Shown here one piece after another: positions 8,253 to 17,200 of a DNA stretch of 32,000 bases; within the stretch, counting starts at the first letter, position 1, and each line of letters opens with the position of its first letter. The stretch comes from Candidatus Competibacteraceae bacterium (GTDB lineage Bacteria; Pseudomonadota; Gammaproteobacteria; Competibacterales; Competibacteraceae), in assembly GCA_016712625.1 (NCBI GenBank), contig JADJQQ010000031.1:83634-115633 (forward strand), read 5' to 3'. Made by a program: the position numbers and the translations under genes. The notes beneath the pieces are model-generated. The model worked only from the letters and a program-made list of their open reading frames with translations. It did not search any database and was not told the DNA's origin.

Positions 8253-9275
8253 ATGGCGGCAGCGGTTCTCGATTTCTGGACAAGCGACTTGGCTGCCCTG
8301 ACTGAGCGCCTGAAGAAAGGAACCCCTGGACTTGAGCCCACGCTGTGCGAGCGCCCAATTCTGAAGATCGGGCAACAGCTCATCGAGTTGCCTTGGATGT
8401 TCGGTCTGCAAAACAACAGTACCGCGGCCATCAACAATCTTCGCCGTCTCGGGGCGCGCCGTGGGGAGGCCAGACTCGAAACACGCCGCATTGAGGAGCG
8501 CCTCGGCAATCAGCTTGAGTCGCGCGGATTCCGCGTCGTGCTGAACTGGCTGCCTGAGGATGACGCGCGAGCTGGCGAGGTCGATCTGATCTGCGCACTT
8601 GAGCAAACGGTGCTGGTCATGGAGGTGAAATCGACCTTTATGCGGCAGTCCCAGCGCGATGCTTGGCTGCACCGTACAACGACGCTTCGCAAGGCGGGCC
8701 AACAGGTAAGGGACAAAGTCGCCGCCGTGCGTAGAGCTTTGGCACCGAATGACGCGCTTGCCCAAAAGCTGGGAATTCGTGGAGCAAGCGATCCGCTCAC
8801 TTCGCTCACAATGCATGGCTGGATCGTCGATACCTCAATCGAATGTGATCATCAAAGGTTCAGCGGTTTTCTCAAGGTGTCCTTGGGGGAAGTGCTGATC
8901 GCCTTGCGCGACGATCACTACCTTCTCAATGATCCCGAAGGCATCTTTTCCGGTCGCTTTCTGGAACCGGGCTTTGCGCCTCCGGAAAACCCTCGACAGC
9001 AGGCAACGCTTTACCCATCCGGTTTTTCTGCCAGCCAGTTTATTCGTGTGATCGAACAGGGGGTTTGCGGGGTAAGTAAAACCTGCGGTGATCGACCGAA
9101 TAATCAACCAAACCGAAAACGTTCCATCACCAGCTTGGCCTTTGATCTGGCGTTGCGGGCGCGGTGCGAGTTCTCAAACCGTATCGCTTACCCAGTACCT
9201 GCTTCGGAACTCCGAACCAGCACCATCAGATGCTCTCGTGCCCGCGTCGCTGCCACATATTTTTCAAATCGATGA
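8253..9275 (+). CDS. NERD-like / PD-(D/E)xK nuclease-fold protein (ORF open from 7974; ATG 8253), possibly an N-terminally truncated remnant
   Basis: GEVDLICALEQTVLVMEVKSTF gives a D...E-x-K core preceded by EERLGNQLESRGFRVVLNW, which is the NERD-type layout. GC is visibly lower than in flanking genes. The 3' end converges on and overlaps the helicase gene by 88 nt. Confidence 0.45.
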   Translation: MAAAVLDFWTSDLAALTERLKKGTPGLEPTLCERPILKIGQQLIELPWMFGLQNNSTAAINNLRRLGARRGEARLETRRIEERLGNQLESRGFRVVLNWLPEDDARAGEVDLICALEQTVLVMEVKSTFMRQSQRDAWLHRTTTLRKAGQQVRDKVAAVRRALAPNDALAQKLGIRGASDPLTSLTMHGWIVDTSIECDHQRFSGFLKVSLGEVLIALRDDHYLLNDPEGIFSGRFLEPGFAPPENPRQQATLYPSGFSASQFIRVIEQGVCGVSKTCGDRPNNQPNRKRSITSLAFDLALRARCEFSNRIAYPVPASELRTSTIRCSRARVAATYFSNR

Positions 9276-11247
9276 CGTACATCGCTGCGGTCTTCCTGCG
9301 TTTGCTCGAGGATCATTAAGACGGCACGAAACTCCAGTCCCTTGATGCGCTGCATGGAGCCAAGCCGCACGCCAGGCTCCGCCTGCCCAGGATCGGCTTG
9401 CCGGGGTTGCAATTCCAACGTGCTGATGCCGGCGGATTCGAGCGCGGTGCGAATGAATCCGACGCTGGGCGTGACGCAGATCTCATGACTGCCCAGTTTT
9501 CCCTGATCGAGCAAATGCTGAATCCAGGTCACGGCGTAGTGGGCCAAAATGGTGCGGTCGGAGAATGACCGAACCTGAGGCTCGGGACCGCGGAACACCG
9601 AACGGTCTCCCGTGGTATCGGCGCTCCCGCCATCCAGATCATCCACGGGGACGCCCGCCAGCAAGCCCTGCGCCCAGCGCCGGATCTGTTCGCTGGTTCG
9701 ATAATTGATCTTCAGCCGGCGGGAACGGCCGCGCACCTCGATCCCGGCGCGGCTCAAGGGGATGGCAAGGCTGTGGTAAATCCGTTGGTGACCATCGCCG
9801 ATCAGGCACAGCGGATCGGACGGGTTCCCAGTCGTCGGCGTCAAGGCGGCGATCAGCCGGAGTGCTTCGAGGCCAAAGTCCTGGAGTTCGTCGACCAGTA
9901 CGTGCCGATAGGCGGTAAAGCCGCCCCGCTCGACCACCAGCCGCGCCTGATGGACCAGCCCCTCGAAAGTCAGGCGATTGCGCTGGTGCAACAAACGGTT
10001 GAATTCCAGGAATACCGGCCAGAGCGTCCGCCGTTGTTTCCGGTCCAGGCGCGGGCGGCCGGACCGAACCGCCGTCAGGTAGCCTTCTTCGCTGTCGATG
10101 CCCATCGTATCGATCACCAGTTCATATTCGTCGCGAATGCAGTCCCGGTCGAATCCGGCGGGCAGGGGGCCAGCCAGCACCGTGCGCCACAGGTCCTCCC
10201 GTTCGGCGTCCTCGATCACCTTGCCCTGCCAGCCGCCTCGCAAACAGATGGTCCGGGCGAGTTGATGCAGATTGGTCACTTCGATCTTCCGGGCGGCGTC
10301 CGGCGCCAGCTTCCGGATCAATTGCTCCAGGGTGACGGACAGGGTGGTGGTGTACGTGGTCACCAGCACCCGATCCTTGGGATCGCTCAACTGGCGGGCG
10401 AGATGAACCGCCCGGTGCAGGAGGGCCACGGTTTTCCGGTGCCCGCCGCGCCGTTGATCTTGATTGGACCCTGGGTCCGCCATTCGACCAGTCGGCGCTG
10501 ATAGGGATGCAGGAAGACGCGCCATTCCTCAAGGTCCTGGGAGAGGATGGCTTTCAGTTGCTCTTCCCCTTCGATCAAGACCAGGTCCATATTCATGGCC
10601 TGATCCAGATGAGTGAAATCGCCCGGACCGGCCAGCGGCGGCGTTGGCTTGGCCGGTTCGCCGAGCATTTCAGCGATAGCCTCATCCAGGGAAAGACCGC
10701 AAATCACACCGTAAAGCACCTGGATGGCTTCCTTGGGCAGATAGTCCGCCACTTCCTGGAAGGCCCCATCATTTCGGATCGCGCGCACCGCCGGGATCAA
10801 GGCCCGGGGAGTCCCCGCCTGGAACAACTCCTCGTCGCTCAGTGTGTCCAGCGGGTAATGACCGGTGGGCGTGGGGTGTTTCCGCGCCTGGGCGTCCGCG
10901 GTGGCCTGGATTTCCTGAACATCGAAGACTTGCAGGACGCCGAGGGCTGGGTGGGCCTCAAAGCGTTTGTTCCGGCACCAGCGATACGCCTCATCATGGT
11001 GATCGATGTACATGAGCAGGAAGTTGTCGCCCTGTTCCGGCGCGATGACGACCGCCCGGTAATCGTCGCCGATGCGCGCGCTGCGGACCTTGGGATCGAC
11101 GGCTTCGGCGAAAGACTCCAGGTGAATGGAGGCTTGAGTGCTGTCGTCCTGAAACTTGCGGACAAACTCGAAAACCTTTTTCTGCACCCGGATCGGCAAC
11201 CGGCCAAAGTCCTTGAGCACCTCCCGTGACAACATCAGTTTCGCCAT
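9188..11247 (-). pseudogene. UvrD/Rep-like superfamily-1 helicase with an N-terminal RelE/ParE-toxin-like domain, disrupted by a 1-nt deletion inside the Walker A motif
   Basis: Two overlapping ORFs (10387..11448 and 9188..10525) join into one protein if one A is added to the run at 10432-10435. The observed GGA AAA CCG reads GTGK-PWPS. GGA AAA ACC GTG would restore INGAAGTGKTVALLHRAVHLA. Downstream helicase motifs are present (VLVDELQDFG, INYRTS, GLEFRAV). ATG 11247 has GGAGG 8 nt upstream and lies 4 nt after the upstream stop. Confidence 0.8.
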
Positions 11248-11251
11248 GCTC

Positions 11252-14200
11252 TTATCCTCCCACCGGCAGCATGGCGCTGAGCCATGCCGTTCCTCGGGTT
11301 TGAAGGTCGGCCAGGGTGACCACACGCCAGCCCGCCGCCTGCCATTCGGCAGCGAAAGCGGCCTGATCGCCCACCACAATGACAACCCCTCCGCTCTCGC
11401 CCTCCCTTTGGGTAGGGGAAGGCGCCTTGCGCCAAGCCAGCTCGGCAAAGCAGTCGCTGGCGGCGGACCGGTAGACCTCGACTTCCGGCAGGGTGACGCC
11501 CGCCGCGGCCAGTTGCGTGACTACCGGTTGCAAGGCGGGAACGACGGCTTGCCGGATCTCCCGCCAGCGCTCATCCAGCGCCGCCTCGCGCTCCAGCTCC
11601 AAATCCGGCGCCGTTCCCTGCGCTACCTCGGTAGCGACGAAGACCTTGAACTGCTGGCGGAACTGGAACAGGTTGACCAGCGCCAGAAAACGCCGCCAGC
11701 GGTCGCAAAATCCGGGTTGCGCTCTGTCCTCGGCGGAGTCGAGCAGACGCAGCCAGACCTGGATGCGGTCGGCCAGGCCATTAATCGCATCCGGGACCGA
11801 GGCCAGCGCCAACAGATCGTCACCCTCGGCAGCCAGTTTCTCAGACACGACCCACTGGCCTTCCGGGTTGACCGACGGCATGGCAACGCCGGCGCGGTCG
11901 CGCCACCGTTCGACCGTATCGATCAGGGCGGCTTGTCCAGAGGCTGCCCCACTGCCCGCCAGCAATTGCAGGGACAGCATCAGGCATTCATCGGCCAGCC
12001 GGGTCCAGCCGGGACGATCCGGCGCCAGCAAATACGCCTTCAACTGGCTGAAACCATCGGCGGTCGCGAGCCGAACGTCTGGATGCTGGACGCCCTGCTG
12101 TCGGGCCGCGGCGAGTCGAGGCGGCAGGATCCTGGCGACAATAGGAGGCTGAAGCAGTCGGATCGGCGTCTGCGGATCGGGATTCAGATCGTGCCAGGTG
12201 ATGTTCCATACGCCATAAAGCCCGCTGTCGAGGATGGCGCGCCGCTTCCTGAAGTCGTCGGGCAGGCGGCTGTCGGCCTGGCCCGGCCGGACATGCGGTT
12301 CGAAGCCGTCCGCGAAAATGGCGACGGGTCGGATCTCCGGATCGTCGGCGGTCAGCAGGAAATCCGGCTGGCAGGGTATCGCCACGCCTTGCTGCGGGCC
12401 GAGCTTGGGTTGCAGTTCCAGCGCCCAGAGCCGGGGATGAGCGCCGACCCGGAAGCGGAACCCGAGCGCGCCCTTGATGAGGGTTCGGGTCCATTCCCCC
12501 GGCTGACCGGCGATGTCCGTGGCGACAAATTCCCGCAACCGGTCCACCAGCCGCTTTTCCAGCAAGCTGCCGAACAGCGCTCTGGCGTCAACCTGGTCCA
12601 GGGTCTTGACGAGCGTTCGCCGCTGGCCGGCCTCGATCAGACGGCCGAGCAGCCGGATACCCCGCTCCCGGCTGATCTGGTCCGACCGGTACTGAAGATG
12701 ATAGGTGCGGATGCAGCGATAGCAGCCATCCGGATCATCCTGGCCGTGCCGGCAGGGCAGCAGGCGGCAACTGCACGACTCAAGGGCGTCCCGGGCACGG
12801 CGGAGCAGATCCATGATGCCTTCGCCGGGCAACCCGGACGCACCGCCGCCAGTATCCTGAAACAGCGTTTTCAGGAAACCGGTGCCCCCGGGAACCGCGT
12901 CCATCAGCACCAGGTAATGCCTGCGCAGGCCATCCTGGGGTTGCGGTACGCTCTGGGGCATCACCAGCAAATGGCCGGGATTGCCCTGGAACCGCAGCCG
13001 GAACCCCAGCACGAGGCAGGCGGTCAGCGTCGCGATATCGTCCTCGTCCACCTCGGGCAGCAGGATGCGAATCGCCTCGGAGCGCAGTTCCCGGTACAGG
13101 TAGAACGCTTCCCACTGGTAGGCATCGCCCGGCCGGCCCTCGCTTTGCATTTTTTCGGTCTTGCGCCGCCCGGAACAACTGCGCCGATGCCTGAGTTGGC
13201 TGCGGTCGCCGTCGCTGTCGACCGTCACCCCGCAATGGACGCAGGCCAGGAATCCGGTGTCCGAAACCTGCTGATCGACGCCGAACGGGAGGCTGCCGGG
13301 GATTTCGGCAAACCCGGTGTTGACCTGGCGCAGAGCCAGCGCCGCCCGGTATTCGATGCCGAAGGGTTCCATCTCGTCCGCCACCGCGCCACTCGGCCCA
13401 TCGAGGGTGGTGTCGAAGCTGTTCACGAGGCGATAGAAGCGCTGTTCCCGCTCGTCGGCCCGGTCGCCGGACAGGCTCTCGTAATGCTCCATATAGGAGA
13501 TCGCCTGGGACCGGGCGAACTCGAGAAACCGCTTGTGCTGGCTCCGATCCTGTTGTGAATGCGCGTCCGCGGCATAGCCGCACTGCGGGCAGACCGGGGA
13601 GGCATCGGGCCGGTTGAGTTCGTCGGTCCGCCGGATATGTCCGCATTCGCCGCAGATCGCCCACTGTTCCAGCAGGGGCTGGGCTGGCGCGCCCAGCGCA
13701 AGCTGCTGGATTTCGAACGCATGGCTGTGAGTGTAGAAGCGGTTGCGGGGGGCCAGTTCCCGCAACGCCGAACCTGCGCCCCGCACCAGGTCATAGGCCT
13801 GCAATGCGCCGTCATGCTCCCGACCCGGACCGGGCCGGCGACGATGGTCGTTGTAGAGCACGCCGTTGAAATGCACCCCCCGTTCGGGAAAGGCGTAGTT
13901 CGGCAGCAACCCGTATTCGATCAGGATTTCCAGGACCGTGGTGCGATCCAGGTGGGTCTGCCTCACGCGCAGAATCCGGTTTTCCTGTTCGATTTCCCGC
14001 AGACTTTCCCCGTCGCCGTTGACTTCGGCTTCTTTCTTCTGGTCGGTGAGCCGTTTCCGCGCATTGACGATCGCCTGGCGCTGGCGGTCGAAATCCCGGG
14101 CGGCGTGGTGAATGCGCTCCCGCAGCACTTCGGCGCGGCTTTCCCGCAGAAACCGTTCCCGGGTATCCTCGCGCACGTCGGCGCTGAACCGGGCCAGGAA

Positions 14201-17200
14201 CGCGCCCTGGAGCGCGGCTTCCCGCTGGGTCGCCCAGGCCAGGAGCGATGACAGCGGTCCCTGGCCGCTGTCCAGATCCTCGACCAGTTGCCGGCCGGTG
14301 GCGGGCAGCGCCTGGATCACGCCTTCTCGGACCGCGCTGTCGAAACAGAACGCCAGATACTGGCGCACCAGCACCGCGCTGGCGTCCAGCCAGCAGCCCG
14401 GCGGTTCGATTTGGCCGGCCAGCATTTCTCCCGGGCGGCCGAAGAAGAACAGATCGTGAGGCCGCTGATTGATCACCGCCAGCACCAGCGCCGTGCCGGT
14501 GCTGCGTCCGGCGCGGCCGATCCGTTGCAGGTAACTGGCGGTGGTGGGGGGGATCGAACACAGCAGGGTGCTGGACAGATCGCCGATATCGATGCCCATT
14601 TCCAGCGTCGAGGTGGCGGTCAGCACGTTCGGATCATCGGCATGGCCGCCGTGATTGAACTGATACTCGAGCGTTTCCCGTTCCTCGGTGGTCAGCAGAC
14701 CGGTATGCTCCTGCGCAAACACGCGGCGTAAAGCGCCTTTGCGATAGCGCTGCTGATAATAGATTTGCCGGTCGCTGGAAACGATCTGCTGGTAGCGACC
14801 CTGCTCGCCCTGGTAGGCGAGGGTGGGCGCGCCGTCCCAGTCGGCGGCCTCATGCCAGGGGCGATACAGCCGCTGGCCGTTGTCGTCGCACGCATATTGC
14901 ACACCGTCGGCCCACAGGCGCGCGCCGTCGGCGGACAGGGCGATCAGGCGCTGATGGCCGTCGCGCTGCACCTCTCGCAGCAGGCCCGATTCGCAACCCG
15001 CCTCCAGGAAGGCCCGAATCAGGTCCAGGATCGAGGTTTCCGGAGTATGGGTCAGCGCCAGCGCGCGCCGCGCCCAGACGATCTGCCAGGGGGATATCTG
15101 GCCCGGCCGGGAGGAAGCCAGCAGGTGATCGTGATCCCGGTGCGGCGCCAGGGCCATCAATCGGGGCCGATAACGTCCGGCGGGCGGGAACAGTTCCCGG
15201 CCAGGAACCACCTTGCCAAAGGGATATTTGCCCCAGTAACGCTGGCGGGCGTAACTGTCGAGATAGGGATGATAGAGACCTCCACGTTCGCGCTGGCGGT
15301 GCAGGATGCCGAGCAGCCAGCGGCGGAGCCGTCCAGCGCCGGTAGCGGTGTCCCCCACCACGAGCGACGGATCGATGGCCGGCAACCGCCGGCGCACGAG
15401 GGCCACGGTAGCCTCGATGACGGCCTCATCCCAGCCCAGGGTCGCGCTGGCATTACCTTCCAGGGTCCGGCCATGGGTCAGCATCAGGCTGAATTCGCTG
15501 CACGCTTCCCAGGCGAGCCGCTGTTCGATGGCGGTGTGCAACGGGGCATCCGGAGGCGTGTTCGGGGGTTGTTCGCGGTAGGCGAGATAGGGTGGGTATT
15601 CGCGCAGATCGGGCGGCAGCAGGGTCGAGATCGCCTCCCGGAGGCTGCCCGGGCGACCCGGAACCGGTTCGCTCCAGTAGTCCAGCAGGCGCGCGCCGAG
15701 GGTGGCGAGCGGCAGTCCGTCGGCTCCGGCCTCATCGATAACCCGTTGCAAGGCCGTGCGCAGGGTGAAATGAAAGGTGCGGGCCGAGAAGAAGCCGGCG
15801 CGGTGGCTGGCGTCCTGGACGCTGTCGGTAAAGGCCAACAGTTTGGGATCGTGGTTCAGCACCGACCCGAACAGTTCATCGATGGCGACGCTGCCCAGAG
15901 TGGCGGCCTGGGCGCCGATGAACATCAGGGAATCGTCGCTGCGGCAGTGGGGGCACTTGACCGCGCCCACCGTCTGCCCGGCGGCATGGGTGCGGGTGTC
16001 CCGGTTTATCCGGACGCGGAAGGTCGGGCTGCCGGTCAGCGGACAGGGTCCCGGTCCCAGGCGCAGGACCAGACTGTCTTTGGACAAATGCCATTCCGCG
16101 ATCGCCAGCGCGCCTTGGGCGGGCGCCGCGTCATCGTCGGGATACCAGGGACTGAGGGCGACCATCCACTTCGACATGGGCCGTTCGAATCCCCAGCCCT
16201 GATAAATCCGGGCGACGTCGGCGATCAACTGAAAACCCTGGACGCCGCGCGCCTGAATCGGATTCTCGGAATCGGGATCGACCATCGCCACCCAGACCGA
16301 CTCGCCGCATTCGGTGCAGTGGGCGACCGGCAGGATACGCTGATCGGGGCGCTGCTCATCCAGCCAGCCGAAGACCGGCTGGTCGCTGACCAGGCGGCCC
16401 AGGCGGCGCAGCTCCCGGATCCACAACTGCACCTGGGTCGGGGTCAGGGGCCGGGGTGGCAACAGTTCCGCCCCCTCACCCCCGCCTTCCCCCGCGAGGG
16501 GGGAGGAGGCCTTGCGGCGGGATTCCCGGGCCTGGGCGACCAGGGCGAAGAATGCCGACAACACTTCGCTACGCGCGCCAAACTCCGGAACGGCGCGCAG
16601 GGAGGGATCGGCGGTAGCCACTTGGGCGACCAGTTCGGACCAGGTCCGGGGACCGTCCCGGGTGGCTTCCAGCAGGCCGGCGAACAGTGGTTGCGACCGG
16701 ATCCACTGGCCCAGGGCCAGCGTCCAGCGCGTTGCCGGGGTGTCATCACCCGGCGGCAGCCGGCCGGGGAACAGCGTCGTCCCGTCGTCGGTCGGGAAGG
16801 CGGGCGCGCCGAACCGGGGAGCGATCCGGCGAGCGAATTCCGGGGCGGTTTCGCCCTCGCGCGCCCGGCTGTCGCCGGGAGCCGGAACCGGGGTGAAATC
16901 GGCCAGCGGCGCCCGCAGGATTTCCTCGACGGTGAGCCGGTCTTCGCCGATCACGCATTCCGGCTGGAGCGGTTCCTCGAACAGCCGCCCGGCGAAGTCG
17001 GCCAGGCGCGCCAGCGGATCCTGGGTGGTTTCGTCGTCCCCGGCGGCAATCGTGGCGCTGGTCCCGATGCAGCACAACTCTCCCTGGGCGATGTCCAGCC
17101 GTTCCTTGAGCCGGCGGATGAGACAGGCGACATCCGCCCCCTGCGCCCCGTCATAGGTGTGCAGTTCGTCGAGGACCAGATAGCGCAGGGTGCCTTTGCG

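Noticed and set aside
10432-10435. Programmed frameshift or phase-variable switch in the UvrD-like gene.
   Set aside because: A run of four A is too short for efficient slippage and no slippery heptamer or downstream structure is evident. A mutation or a sequencing error is the simpler explanation.
8000-11250. Search for a PLD-family (HxKxxxxD) DrmC-like gene downstream of the large helicase.
   Set aside because: By eye, no ORF in this stretch shows an HKD motif. The genes present are a UvrD-like helicase and a NERD-like nuclease. Absence should still be confirmed with a PLDc profile search.
11156-13558. 800-aa plus-strand ORF antisense to the 2229-aa helicase gene. Similar cases are 14765..17659 (964 aa), 21912..25052 (1046 aa), 26009..28024 (671 aa), 9773..10501 and 10507..11229.
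   Set aside because: These are shadow ORFs typical of GC-rich DNA. The products are Arg/Gly/Pro/Ala/Gln-rich with no motifs. They lie fully antisense to genes with clear helicase or methylase motifs and lack convincing RBS.
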